Positions 14,401-28,346 of a DNA stretch of 64,000 nucleotides are shown here, piece after piece; the first letter of the stretch is position 1, and every line of letters begins with the position of its first letter. Under the pieces are notes generated by a model. The model was not told the DNA's origin and searched no databases. It worked only from the letters and a program-made list of their open reading frames with translations. The DNA is from Lingula anatina (lineage: Eukaryota > Animalia > Brachiopoda), in contig CM120649.1 of NCBI GenBank assembly GCA_051362555.1, positions 19,854,567 to 19,918,566 of the forward strand, written 5' to 3'. A program made the position numbers and the translations under genes.

Positions 14401-17400
14401 AGGTCTGTCGCAGACTACAGCAAGAAGATGTTGAATGAGATGAAGAGGCACAACTATGTCACTCCTACCAACTACCTGGAGCTGGTGGCTGGATACAAGA
14501 AGTCAGTACCTTCACCTTAGACCACTGCGTATTTGTTGTAAAAAATTAAGCTGATTATTGATATAAAAAGTGTCGATCTGCTGATAATAAATCTTGAATA
14601 GCTGTGAGTATTTTGAGGTGTATAGATTCTCAATTTAACATATATTTATAAAATTTTCTCATTATATGCATTAATAAATGATTTTTTTTTTTTTTTGCAA
14701 TCTTACTACAAATAGGAACCACACCAATGATTGTTACCCCTTATCTTTGAATTAGATAGGAAGAGAGTTTGACATCTTACCAAGCCCTCCTATTTTTTTT
14801 TATTTCCTGTTTAAACTTACAGTTACTATATCTAATTGCTGTTCATTTTCTAATCCCTCCAGGCTCCTAGCAGAGAAGAACAAGGAGTTGGGAGATGCAT
14901 GTAACAAGTTGAAGAACGGCCTCAGTAAGATTGACGACACTCGTACTAAGGTGGAGAAGATGTCCATTGACCTGGAGGAGGCCAAGACCAAGGTGGCACA
15001 GTTCCAGAAGGAGTGTGAAGAGTACCTGGTGGTGATTGTACAGCAGAAGAGAGAGGCTGATGAACAGCAGAAGGTAGCTAGTGGTGTAGACACACAGGGT
15101 GCTCTCCAGATGTTATCAGGAGGGGAGGGAGGGGGGGGATCTGCAAAAGATTGTTCTCAGAGACTTGTTAATAATGCTCACATTTTGTCCAATATTTACA
15201 CAGTTCTTACGAACCTGTTGTTTTCACCATTTAATGCCGCATGTAAGTACCTTCTGATAAAAAAAAGGTTAATTTGAAAACATTAAAGAAGACAACAGAT
15301 CGAGGCTCTATCTGGTTCTGGTGATGTTTTTACTAATCTGGTGAAGTCGAGTGAGATGTTAAGACAACAGTACAAAAATCTGAGGTAGTTTTACGGTATC
15401 TTCTTGCCTTCCAGTCTGTAGCCCAGAAGAGTGAGAAGATTGGAGAAGAGGAAGTAAAGTGTCAACATATGGCTGACCTGGCCCAACATGACCTGGACGA
15501 GGCTCTCCCTGCACTGGAGGAAGCTGTCAAGGTAATAACATGTCATAGAATACATTGGTCACTAAGCTTGTCAATTCTGTTGAAACAGAACATGCTGGTC
15601 GCAGAGCCTATCATTGCCTTATATTTGTTGATTTCTTGTTTCATACCTAATGGCTGAAATTTATCTCTGTTGATGCACAATTTATAGGCTAAAATCAAGG
15701 CAGAGCAGTGAGTTGCAGCCCTGCACATTGTTAATAAATGAATTAATATATTATGTCATTAACAATAAAGCATGCCAGATCTTCTAATATCATGCTAACA
15801 TGCTACCTGCAGGCTCTAGAGTCTCTGAACAAGAAAGACATGACAGAGATCAAGTCATATGGACGTCCTCCACCTCTGGTAGAGAAGGTCATGGAGGCTG
15901 TGATGATCCTCAGAGGACAGGAACCCACCTGGGCAGAGTCTAAGAAACAACTGGGTAACTGAACTCACTTCTCTGTTAGGTGGTCTTTAAACTACCTTAA
16001 TTCTAGAAAACTTAATTGGTCTTTAGGGGCACTTCTTGTAGAAGGATTTGGAGTTAAATTGCACTTTTAAGGCAAAGTAAAGAATATCTTCAGTATTTAT
16101 TACTCCAATATTTTGGTTTCTATGAAGTCACCCTCAGTGAGTGAGTCAACAGGTGGCACAGCAGCCTGTACATGAGTACCTGTCACCTCATTCCAGTGGG
16201 AGAAATAAATAAAGGTGTTAGAAATTTGTGGGTATTCACATATCAGTCTTCCTTCCTAACCCTGTCTTATTTTCAGGTGATGGTAACTTCATCAAACAGC
16301 TGATGAACTTTGACAAGGACAACATCACCGACCGCGTGTTGAAGAAGATTGGCCAGTATGTGGCTCAACCTGACTTTATGCCTGAAATCATTGGTCGTGT
16401 GTCCCTGGCTGCCAAGTCTCTGTGTATGTGGGTTAGAGCCATGGAGGTGTATGGTAGGATCTACAGGTGAGCTAAGTCTCTGTGTATGTGGGTTAGAGCC
16501 ATGGAGGTGTATGGTAGGATCTACAGGTGAGCTAAGTCTCTGTGTATGTGGGTTAGAGCCATGGAGGTGTATGGTAGGATCTACAGGTGAGCTAAGTCTC
16601 TGTGTATGTGGGTTAGAGCAATGGAGGTGTATGGTAGGATCTACAGGTGAGCTAAGTCTCTGTGTATGTGGGTTAGAGCCATGGAGGTGTATGGTAGGAT
16701 CTACAGGTGAGCTAAGTCTCTGTGTATGTGGGTTAGAGCCATGGAGGTGTATGGTAGGATCTACAGGTGAGCTAAGTCTCTGTGTATGTGGGTTAGAGCC
16801 ATGGAGGTGTATGGTAGGATCTACAGGTGAGCTAAGTCTCTGTGTATGTGGGTTAGAGCCATGGAGGTGTATGGCAGGATCTACAGGTAAAACGACTTAA
16901 TGGTTGATAGATATAAAATGAACATAGTAATCAGACAATTTACAAGATTGAGTAGAGTTCTTAGACTACCTGTATTTTCAGTAGATTGACTCCAAGATGG
17001 AGCTATTGTCCTCATATAGACTAAATTTGAGGTCTTGGATAAATCTAGACATTTATTTCACATGAATTCCTCCTGTCATCAGGGTTGTGGAGCCCAAGAA
17101 GCAGCGTCTCAATGCCGCCATGTCCACTCTGAAGGAGAAACAAGCCGCCCTGGCTGATGCCAAGAACAAACTGGCAGAGGTTGGAACCAAAAATATGCTC
17201 TGTGGCATACATTTCTTTCTTTCCTTCTTTCTTTCTCTCTACCAGTATCTTTATTGGATTGTTTTATAATGTAACTTTATAATATGTGCAATTCCTGTAT
17301 TCAAATTAAAAGTATTCTTTAAAAAGGAAAGTAACCTCATCAGCCTTGAGCTTCATTGCTTCTCTCAGAAGTATTAAAACATCATTTTTGCTAGACTTAG

Positions 17401-20400
17401 GTCAACTTTCCTTTACCTCTTAATTGTACATGTCATTGCTCTCCTGTAGGTTGAAGCCAAGATGGCAGAACTGAAGAAGCAGTATGACGAGAAGCTCGCT
17501 CAGAAGGAAGACCTCAGGAAGAAAGCTGAGCAGACAGAACTTATGTTGGACAGAGCAGCAAAACTAGTGTCAGGTTTGGCAGGAGAGAAAGTGCGCTGGG
17601 AGAAGACAGTCGGGGTACGTTAGACATGATCTTTTTCTCTAAGGTTTTTAATTTGGATTTATCTGCCTTTTTTTCTTGGCGGTTTTCTGCCTAAAGCACC
17701 CCATTCCCTCAGTCATCATTTTTGCTAACAACCCAAGTTCATGTCTGATAAGTGTCTATTAGAACACTGAGATGATGAAAGTTGTTTGTCTCTCCACCCC
17801 CCCCCCCCCCCTCCATTCTCCCCTCAGAGTTGAATATCTTGACTTGGAAATTAATGCAGAGGTAATAATATTTTCATTGTCAATAAAAAATATTCACACC
17901 CATTTAAACTAATTTGGTTTTGAAGTTATTTATGATATTTGAATATAACCTAAAAGTTAATAATGCTATGTGATATTTGTGTGTTCCCCTAGGAACTGGA
18001 AGAAGCTATGGGGTATTTGGTAGGGGACTGTTTGGTAGCAGCAGGCTTCCTCTCCTACATGGGACCCTTCCTGTCTGAGTACAGAGAGGCTATGGTGACC
18101 AAGAGTTGGCTGACAGAGGTAACTTAATACATGGAGTTCTTATAAAACTATTGGCTTTGTATGTGGTATAACTTATCAATACTGGCTATGGTGACCAAGA
18201 GTTGGCTGACAGAGGTAAACTTAATACAAGGAGTGACTGTAAAAATATTGGCTTTGTATGTGGTATGCCTTATCACCACTGTCAAATGAACTACAAACTT
18301 GTTAAAATATTTGATTTTTTTTTCAAGGAACATCACTGAAATATGCTTAGGAAACACTCTTTTACACAATCCCAAGAGCTTTGGAATTTTCCATCTTTTC
18401 AATCATTGTCAACATAACATTGTTTTTGACAATATAACAAATTGATTTCAGTCAAATAGTGAGCACTAATAAGTACCGTGTTTTTCCACCTCCAGATCAG
18501 TAAACTCCAGATTCCGTGCTGTGCTGACTTTGACTTCTGTGCGTTCATGGTGAAACCAACACAGGTCAGAGACTGGAACATCCAGGGACTTCCTAACGAT
18601 GCCTTCTCCACGGAGAATGGCGTCATCGTCACCCGAGGGAACCGCTGGCCGCTGATGGTGGACCCCCAGGGGCAGGCCATCAAGTGGATCAAGAATATGG
18701 AGATGTCCAAGGTGAGAAAACTCTGGATCCAACAGACATGCTGTTGTGAAAATTTTCCTTGGCTGAAGGACTTTAAGCCAGATTGACTGCATGTAATATC
18801 AATATGGCACTTTTTAAAATTGTTGCCTGTCCTGTTGGACTGTCTGAACACAATTTTCCCCTGGTTCTTGTAAATTTTATCAGTCATTTGTGATAGGACC
18901 AAGATGGTATGACACTGTTACAAGACTTTCATAGTGCAGTAGTTGAGACTGTGTAGCTAAGACAGTTGCAGCAGTTGAGACAGTCTCTTGCTTTATGTGT
19001 TCTAGGGTCTGAAGATCATAGATCTCCAGCAGAGTGACTACATGAGAACTCTGGAGACCAGTGTCCAGTACGGACTGCCTGTTGTCCTGCAGAATGTCCA
19101 GGAGAGACTGGACCCCTCACTGGACCCTATACTGACCAAGGCTGTCAAGAAGATGGGTAAGATATTTAACAACAGAATAGCCTCATATGGGTTTTTATGA
19201 AGATGAAGAGCATTGTAGTAGTCTGTTATAACCTTAATCATATGAGATATGAATTGACATCCTTTTGGAGAATTTCCTTCATTTTATGTGGAAAATTAGA
19301 AAAAATACAGGATAAGTATTTAGAATATTAATAAAAATGATAATTGAACAGTATATGAACAGAATAGGTATAAAGTTTAATATCACGTGGATATCCCCAC
19401 GTATCACAGCTATAACATATGTCTCTTAAGTTGCTCTCATCTCAGTTCTAACATATGTCTGTTTTAGTTGCTCTCATCTTTCTCCTGTAGGTGGCGCCTG
19501 GATGATCAAGCTGGGAGACAAAGAGGTGGAGTACAACTTTGACTTCCGCTTCTACATCACCACCAAGCTCAGCAACCCTCACTATGCTCCAGAGATTGCT
19601 GCCAAGACACAGATTGTCAACTTTGCTGTCAAGGAGCAAGGTAAGAAGATGATAGGCTAAGAAAACTTCAACTCAGAGATCTCTTCAACTGAATACAATA
19701 TATTTATACGTTTTTACCAGCTTGAATTGACTACTAAATATTTAAGGTAAAATATCAATATTTCAAAGTAAGTGATCAAAAATGTTCATTAGCTTGGTAG
19801 TTGAATCATAAACAACAATTTGTTTTGTGAAGAAGGCCTCCAACAGAGTTGGCCATTTGCCAATGGTGAAAAAAATCCAAGTTTATGCTAAATAATCATT
19901 GCTTATGAATAATCATAGGGTCTGGTGTCAACTTGTCCGGAGTTCTAACCTCATTTATTCTGTGTCCAGAGTTCTAATCTCAGTTTATTCTGGTTAGGTC
20001 TGGAGGCTCAGCTGTTGGGTATTGTGGTGAGAAAAGAGAGACCAGAGTTGGAGGAACAGAAGGACAGCTTGGTGATCAACATTGCTGCTGGAAAGAAGAA
20101 AATTGCAGAACTGGAAGATGAGATTCTGAGGTGAGATTTGCTTGTGAAGGTTTGGTAGAGGATATTATTTCTGTCATTCTCTTTATTAATAGTATTTTGT
20201 TGTTGAATTTTTTTTATTTTTAAGGTAAGAGTTGAGTTTAATTACTTTCACATTAACTGTTAATTCAGTGCCATAAAATCTTTTATTGAGATTTAAGATA
20301 ATTTTATCTGTTTGTCATTGTAATTTGAGATTTAAAGTCAGATTTATTCAATTTTGAAATGACACTTTCCTACACATAAAACATATTTAAATCAGGCTCA

Positions 20401-23400
20401 CATCAAGTTGTAAAACTGTATAAATGTTTCCCCAGGTTGCTGAATGAGACCAAAGGTTCTTTGCTGGATGATGAACAACTGGTGAACACGCTTCAGACTT
20501 CTAAGACCACCTCACAGGAAGTTACGGAACAGCTCCAGATTTCTGAGCTCACAGAGGTCAAGATTGACGCTGCCAGAGAGGTATGCTTTCCTTCAGTCTT
20601 GAACCATTATGAAGCAAGACATGAAAATAAATGGAGCATTTTATTAAATGCTACAAGGAAAAACAGCTACTTTGTTTGTTTGTTTTTTTTACACTGATTG
20701 TTAAATTTATTATCATGTATTCTTAAGATGATTTGCTAATATTTTTCTTTGTTATAATAGTTTTTGCACATAACTTGGCAGAAGATGCGTGCTAAGAACC
20801 AATATGGGATTATTTTATTGATTTAACAGTATTCCATATATTTGTGTGTTAAATGAAAAAAAATCGTGCTGACTACAAAGTTGTAATTTTCACTAAAATC
20901 TGAATTTCTCATGCAGGCATATTTTAATATTTGTGGTTTGTCTCCACTCCAGGGTTACCGTCCATGTGCCCAGAGAGCATCCATCTTGTTCTTTGTGCTG
21001 AATGACATGGGCCGTATTGACCCCATGTACCAGTTCTCTCTGGACGCCTACATTGAACTGTTCAACCTGTCCATTGACAAGTCTCAGAGAAGTTCCAAAC
21101 TGGAGGAGAGGATTGTTAACCTGAATGAGTACCACACCTACGCCGTGTACAGGTGAGTGTAGAGTACCACACCTATGCCGTGTACAGGTGAGTGTAGAGT
21201 ACCACACCTATGCCGTGTACAGGTGAGTGTAGAGGAGAGGATTGTTAACCTGAATGAGTATCATACCTATGCCGTGTACAGGTGAGTGTAGAGGAGAGGA
21301 TTGTTAACCTGAATGAGTACCACACCTATGCTGTGTACGGGTGAGTGTAGAGGAGAGGATTGTTAATCTGAATGAGTACCACACCTATGCTGTGTACGGG
21401 TGAGTGTAGTGTACCATACCTATGCTGTGTACAGGTGAGTGTAGAGTACCATACCTATGCTGTGTACAGGTGACTAGCTGCTTAACTTATATGTTCAGTG
21501 TATTTTTAGAATGTTACAGAGAATCTAAAATGAGGTATTGCATAGGCAGTTTGTATTTGAAATAACTAGTTTGATTATAGACATGTTGCATTGTATCAGT
21601 AATGGTATTTCTTTAAATATAGTCACTTTTTTTAGATGGAAAATTATTAAAATATGGAAAAGGAAATAAGCAATTAGAAATATGTAAAATGGCTTACTCC
21701 ACATAAATGATCTAAATCTAAAGCAGCTCCCATGATTTCCTCTCTGTGTGTGTCACTTAAAAGCCAAGGACAATGTTGTCAATAATGTCAGATGTCAACA
21801 GTTAGAATGTTCTATGACTCCAGGTACACATGTCGTGGTCTATTTGAGCGTCACAAGCTGCTGTTCTCATTCCAAATGTGTGCCAAGATCCTGGAGGCTT
21901 CTGGGAAATTGAACATGGATGAATACGCCTTCTTCCTCAGGGGCGGAGTGGTAGGTTTTACCCAGTCAAAGAAAAATGTGAATAAATAATGGAAAAGAAA
22001 TGTGTTGGTCAGTTGTAGACTATGAATTATTGGATATGTGTGGTAGCAGAGGATGTGAAACATACTTATGATAGTTAGAGATTTTTTATTTGACATACAG
22101 TTAGAATATAGTTAATATATAATGTAAGCCACTTGTTCCTCATTTGCATTTAAAGTTATTGAAAGGGCACATCAGATTTGTAGGTAGTGATCTTAATTTG
22201 TTGTAACAATGTCTTTGAGCAATGTGAGATATTATGTAGCTTAGCTTTAAGCCCAGATAAAAATCATATATAATATCATGGTCTAGGTGATGGACAGAGA
22301 AAACCAGATGGACAACCCCTGCTCTCAGTGGCTTAATGACAATGCCTGGGATAACATCACAGAGCTGGACAAACTGACCAACTTCCACGGCATCATCCAG
22401 GCCTTTGAACAGTATCCACGGGACTGGAATGTCTGGTATACCAGCTCTGAGCCTGAGACTGCTGCCTTGCCTGGTAAGATCTGCATGTACCTCCTCCCTC
22501 TCTTTCTCTAACTTTCTCTCTCTATCTCTTTCATTTTACCTTCTTTACTTCTATGTATGTATACAGCTCAGTTTTTGTAGACTAAGTTAAACCTTGATAT
22601 TGAAAAAAAAAGGGAATCTTTCCTTTCTGCTCTCAGTTCTTCTTTTATATAGTTAGTCCAAATCTTCATTAGATGAGGTAATCCTGATGATTCTATTATA
22701 TAACAGGTGAATGGGACAACTCCTGCAACGAGCTCCAGCGCATGTTGATTGTGCGTTCCTTGCGACCTGACCGTGTGTCTTTCTGCTCCACTTCCTTTAT
22801 CATCAACAACTTGGGGTCAAAGTTCACGGAGCCACCAGTATTGGACATGCAGGCAGTGGTGGAGGATTCCACGACCAAGTCTCCACTGATCTTTGTGCTC
22901 TCACCTGGAGTGGTAGGTGTCACCTGGAGACAGAGTTAGTTGACAGCATTTAGAAACTGTGTGTTGTCAATGTCCCCATCATGTTGATATACAGAACTTA
23001 AATTTATTGATCTTATTGCAGTCTTTCATATTATTTATTAATAGTGTCATGATTGAGTAAATGTGAAATACCCAGCAATGTCAAAATCTGTCTGTGTGCT
23101 AGACAGTTCTTTTTAATTTTGAAATTTTTGTCATATTTTAAAAAGTTTTTTTTCAACTCTCTCTGTTGATAATATAATTGTATATAATTATTATAACAAT
23201 GTTTACCTCGCTCCTCAGGATCCCACCAGTTCTCTGCTGTAGTTGGTGGAGGATAATTGTATATAATTGCATATAAATATTATAAAATGTTTTTCTCACT
23301 CCTCAGGACCCCACCAGTTCTCTGCTACAGTTGGCGGAGGCGCGTGGTATGGCGCACAGGTTCCATGCTTTGTCTCTAGGCCAGGGACAGGCTCCTATAG

Positions 23401-26400
23401 CCACCAGGATGATCAAAGAGGGAGTCAGAGAGGTGAGGAACAGGGGCTCTAGAAGATAGGATAGGGGAGGGGGGGGGGAGTCAAGAGAGGTGAGTTACAG
23501 GGGCTTTTGAAAATAGGGGAGGGGGGGAGTCGGAGAGGTGAGGTAGCCAGCTCTGCCAAATAGCAAGACAATGAAGAGGATAGGAGAAGTGGGCGGGGGG
23601 AGGGGGGGGGAGATTGGGTAGCAACAAAAACTTGTGATAAATAATACTACTCGTTCAACTTGTGAGAGTGACATGTGTGGTTAGAGGGTGGACGGATTGG
23701 GGGAACTGGTATAAAGAAGGGTATTTTGGATTGTGAGTGCTTGAAAGATTGTTAAGGGGGGTTCAGTGTGTGCCCATGTTCTCTTGAATCTGTTTGTTTG
23801 TTGTGAAGATGGGGGAATATGGGGTACGGTTTATTCATGAAGTAGATAATATGAGAGAGAGGACAATATTAACTTATTTTGCTTTACTATATTATGTATT
23901 ATATATATTGTGTTTCAGGGTAACTGGGTTTACCTAGCCAACTGTCACTTGTCCTATATTATGTATTATATATTGTGTTTCAGGGTAACTGGGTTTACCT
24001 AGCCAACTGTCACTTGTCCTATATTATGTATTATATATTGTGTTTCAGGGTAACTGGGTTTACCTAGCCAACTGTCACTTGTCATTAAGTTGGATGCCCA
24101 CTTTGGACAAGCTGGTAGAACAGCTGCAGATTGAGGAGCCCCATGAGGAATTCCGCCTGTGGCTCAGCAGCTCTCCCAACCCACAGTTCCCTATTTCCAT
24201 CCTCCAGGCAGGAATTAAAATGACTACTGAGCCTCCCAAGGTGAGGGCATCAATGAGTTTTAAGACCAGATATGTTCATTTAATACTGACCACACACTAT
24301 CACTTACAAAATATCAGTGCATTAATGATATTTAAAACCAGATAATTTAAATCACTCTTAATGTTGTGCAGGGACTGAAAGCCAACGTGAAGCGTCTGTA
24401 CCACCTGATCACTGAGCAGCAGTTTAATCGCTGCAAGAAGCCAGAGAAGTACAAGAAGCTGCTGTTCTGTCTCTGCTTCTTCCACTCCATCCTGATTGAG
24501 AGGAGAAAGTTCTTGATGTTAGGATGGAACATCCCGTATGATTTCAATGATTCAGACTTTGAGGTAAGGGTTGGATATATTATTGCTTTGTATGTTAAAT
24601 GAATTATTTTATACCAAATCTGTAATTTAAAAAAAGGGGCTATTTGCCTGTGAAGAAAATTGTAATCATTGTGATAATGTTTGATATTTATTCTAAAGAT
24701 TGCTGAAAACCATATTCTGAGACAGTATTATATTTATATTTTATGTACAAATAAAATGACAAATTTAACACTGAATTACATAGAACTAAAATACCCCTTG
24801 AAGCTTCAAAAGAGGAACTTTTAATCAACTCAGAAGTTATCATTTGATCATTTCGCTGCTGTCTGCATAAAGACAACTTTCAGAACACATATTGGAATTC
24901 GTTAATTTGTTGCCAGGTCTCAGAGAACCTGCTCAGCATCTATCTGGACGAGTACGACGAGACGCCATGGGACGCTCTCAAATATCTCATTGCTGGCATC
25001 AACTATGGAGGTCACGTGACTGATGACTGGGACAGACGTCTCCTCATGACCTATATCACAGATCTGTTCTGTGAGGCTGCCATCGCTCAGCCGTTCTTCA
25101 AGTGAGTGAACTGGGATGTTTTCTGACTTCTTTGATAAAAAACACACTGTATATAATAGCTTACCTCTGGCTTTGTGAAATAAACTGAAATTTTGTCACA
25201 CTGTTCATTCTGCTGCACCCACAAAGAAATTGGTTTGCAACTACAGGGACAGAGTGATATGTTGGCACATTTTTCTGCCCTTAACAGTCTAAATCTCAGG
25301 AGGCATTACAGGTATTATATGGTAGTATCTGTACTCACATTGTATCCACACTCTTTCAGTACACAGAACAGGCAGTAATATATCTTAACATTTCAGGTTG
25401 TCTTCCCTCCCCACATACTATGTCCCTAAGGATGGCCCTCTGTCCTCCTACAAGGAGTATGTGAGTATGTTACCCAACATGGACCATCCCGAGGCGTTTG
25501 GACAGCACCCCAATGCTGACATCACCTCACAGATCCAGGAGACCAGGATGTTGTTTGAAACTCTGCTGTCACTGCAGCCACAGACCTCGGCAGCTGCTGG
25601 AGAGAGTAGAGAGGACAAGGTAAAGATTGGGTGTTTGTGGGGGGGGGGGGGGGGGGGGGGGGGAGGGATAGAGTAGGGGTGTGAGGGAGAGAATTGCTAT
25701 CAGATTACAGTTACGCCTGATAGAAGACTATTTTTGTGGTATTTTTAAAATCTTGGCCCTTTTTTGTTATTAACTGCATGTGTATGGAGACAGTGAGGAA
25801 ATTTTAGTTCTTTTCTAATTTTCTTTTCCTTTTATGCTGGTACTTAAAACTAGTATGTTAACATTAAGACAGATGTAGAATGTCCCTCATCTAGACAATG
25901 TCCTTATAGTGATGCTTGATTCCTTACAGGTTCTGGACCTGGCTGGCAAGATTATGGAGCAGCTGCCAGAGAACATTGACTATGAGGGCACGGCAAAGAT
26001 CCTGTCTGTGGATCCCTCCCCTCTCAATGTGGTACTGCTACAAGAGGTAAGAACTGGCCACCAAACTCTCCACAGACTGCCACTTAAAATCTGTGGATTT
26101 TATTATGGACATGCAGCTCCCACAGAATACTTTTTTTAACAGTCATTATTCTAGATTTATAGGTGCATTATGGAAATGAAACATCATCAATGACACCTAA
26201 GAAACTATTGTAGAGTCTGTACTTAGCTGAAACAAAAGCTTACTGCCTTACATAATACCATTAGACTACCATCACTATACATATAAGATTGAGCACATTG
26301 CTGCATACATTTTAACACTACCTTTCTCAATATTTCAAATTCAGCACATTGCTACATACATAAATTATGTGTAAGATTTAGCAAATTGCTATAATATAAT

Positions 26401-27162
26401 AACATGACTTCCTCTGAATGTTTCAGATTGAGCGTTATAATGCCCTGCTGGACACCATCCGCACGTCGCTAATTGCGCTGGAGAAGGCGATCCAAGGTCT
26501 GGTTGTGATGTCATCAGAACTGGAGGACATCTTCCAGTGCATGTTTGACGGCAGGGTGCCACCTAGCTGGGAAAATGTAAGCTTGACTGGAGACACACAG
26601 CTCTTAGTTCACAATTGACAACATGACAGACCTTAGAACTGCATAGATCTATTTTGTGTTGTATTATTAACAACAGAATAACACCTGTAAATAATGAGTC
26701 TGTCCTAAATATTATATAGAATACATGTGTAAATGCATGGCATTAGCAACTCAGCATATTTGAGAGTTTTCAGAATTTCAATATTGGGGAAAAAAAGAAA
26801 GAAAGAGAAATTATAAAAAAATTGGTAATTCATCTTCAAATTTATCATATTTGATCAGAAGACTGGTGAAAAAGTTGAAAAATGGAAGAATCCGTAGAGG
26901 TAATGTGACGTAAGTTTCTTGTATAGAATGACTTGGTTCATCAGAGTTCCTCACTGACGGAGTTGTGTATTTCCAGGCGTATCCGTCCATGAAACTGCTG
27001 GGCTCGTGGACACGTGATCTCATGCAGCGTGTGGAACAGTTTGAGAAGTGGGCGACGACGGCACATCCTCCAGTGATTTTCTGGATGTCTGGGTTCACCT
27101 TCCCAACCGGGTTCCTCACTGCAGTGCTGCAGACATCTGCTAGATATCACAATGTAAGAGAG

Positions 27163-27215
<53 letters not shown>

Positions 27216-28346
27216 GGCTTGGTGTTGTCTAGACATGTTAAATAAGCCACAGAACTTCTGGGACTATCAGAAAAAATAAAAATTGAACAGTTCAGTAGAA
27301 AGAAAAAAAAAAGATTCTGTCCATACATGTCACTCTGTCCATTATTTTTCTGACAATTCAAGTGATTCACTCCAACATTGCAGTTATTCTAATCCACACA
27401 AAGTCGTACTAATATTCTCAATCAACCCCACATCCCAGTACTAATGTCCACTGTGTCATACATTATTCCAGGTGTCTGTAGACTCTCTGTCCTGGGAGTT
27501 CACTGTGATGACAGTAGATGACTCCAATATAACAGGTGCCCCCAAGGACGGAGTGTTAATCCGGGGGCTGTTCCTGCAGGGGGCTGGTTGGGACAAGAAG
27601 AATGCCTGTCTCATTGAGGCAGAACCTATGCAGCTGGTTTGTCCTATACCCACCATACACTTCAAACCTGTGGAGAACAAGAAGAAGAGTGGGAAAGGTA
27701 TTTATACCACCAGAGGAGGCTGTTTTTTTTTTTTTTAATTAAAGTACTGGTTTATTAATTTTAATTTTGATCCTGTGTATTTATTTATTTATTTATTTAT
27801 TTATTTATTATTGTAAAAGAAGAGATACATGATATAGGGTCTTGATTGCAAACTAGTAAAAATTATTACAACAATAAATTGTTTCAACAATAAAAAAAGT
27901 GAAGTCATTATATAAGATGTGAAGTTGTTGTCTGCTTGTCAGTTTAATTAAAGTCAAATTAAAGGCTCAGTATGTCTGCAGTTTTCCTGCTATGACAATT
28001 GTTGGAGAAGGATGTGTTGTTTGTCACCTGTTGTCATGATATAGTTGTTGATTATTTCACAGTCTCCTTTCTCATGAATCAGTAGTTACTGTAATGACAA
28101 TGTTAGTGATATGTTATGAGTTCATTAAAATCATATGAGCAACCCACATGTTGTAGTTAACAAAACTGACATGTGAGTCTGTCTACTCCAGGTCTGTACC
28201 AGTGTCCTTGTTACTACTACCCTAACCGCGCTGGCAGGACAGGGAGAGCCAGCTTTGTAGTCGCTGTGGACCTCAAATGTGGCGAGAAATCTTCAGACCA
28301 CTGGGTGAAGAGAGGCACTGCACTACTCATGAGCCTGGACACATAG
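153..28346 (+). CDS. DNAH2: Axonemal dynein heavy chain 2 (inner-arm dynein f beta type); 5'-partial, linker through AAA1-6, stalk and C-terminus
   Basis: GT-AG exons read at approx 153-370, 773-886, 1265-1501, 1759-1947, 2174-2280, 2508-2697, 2861-3041, 3293-3420, 3746-3898, 4211-4336, 4689-4907, 5197-5314, 5584-5720, 6109-6408, 6744-6988, 7182-7380, 7750-7974, 8257-8361, 8550-8738, 8945-9030, 9150-9280, 9593-9742, 9921-10088, 10343-10503, 10936-11075, 11445-11577, 14356-14501, 14863-15073, 15415-15531, 15813-15954, 16277-16466, 17083-17179, 17450-17614, 17993-18118, 18496-18711, 19006-19156, 19491-19640, 19998-20130, 20436-20580, 20953-21152, 21824-21950, 22287-22473, 22707-22912, 23307-23432, 24049-24240, 24372-24563, 24917-25101, 25397-25619, 25930-26046, 26427-26576, 26977-27153, 27472-27697, 28192-28346. 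Dynein motifs: [17 protein letters not shown]-loops [10 protein letters not shown] (AAA1), GKTLSGKS (AAA2), GPVGTGKT (AAA3), GIGGSGRQS (AAA4), CFDEFNR. C-terminus [11 protein letters not shown]...[16 protein letters not shown] matches DNAH2 as I recall it. Confidence 0.95.
5331..5430. repeat. (GT)n microsatellite, intronic
   Basis: About 40 uninterrupted TG units, then degenerate copies. Confidence 0.98.
12309..12317 (+). CDS. Candidate 9-nt in-frame microexon (Glu-Lys-Arg) of DNAH2
   Basis: cattgctctcttttgcAG|GAAAAAAGA|GTgagt; phase 0/0, matching the flanking exons (11577, 14356); lies in the only long (2.8 kb) intron of the gene region. Confidence 0.6.
13662..13892. repeat. C-rich ~52-54-bp minisatellite (~4 copies), G-quadruplex-prone on the - strand
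   Basis: Unit approx ccctcaccctaaccttgccccacccttccccttaaccccatgccctgaccc. Confidence 0.85.
16414..16890 (+). repeat. 60-bp tandem repeat (8 copies) of a DNAH2 exon end plus 5' splice site
   Basis: aagtctctgtgtatgtgggttagagccatggaggtgtatggtaggatctacAG|GTgagct at exact 60-nt period; copy 1 is coding ([18 protein letters not shown]). Confidence 0.97.
21106..21473 (+). repeat. Compound 35/59-bp tandem repeat of a DNAH2 exon end plus donor site
   Basis: gagtaccacacctatgccgtgtacAG|GTgagtgta, with or without the gaggagaggattgttaacctgaat prefix; about 8 donor copies. Confidence 0.93.
23888..24082 (+). repeat. 65-bp tandem repeat (3 copies) of acceptor plus exon start
   Basis: tgtttcAG|ggtaactgggtttacctagccaactgtcacttgtc at 23911, 23976 and 24041; only the last continues in frame. 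Confidence 0.93.
27165..27212. repeat. (CT)n microsatellite
   Basis: Direct observation. Confidence 0.95.

Noticed and set aside
16349-16900. 183-aa repetitive ORF ([20 protein letters not shown])n
   Set aside because: Alternative-frame read of the 60-bp junction repeat; no independent gene signals.
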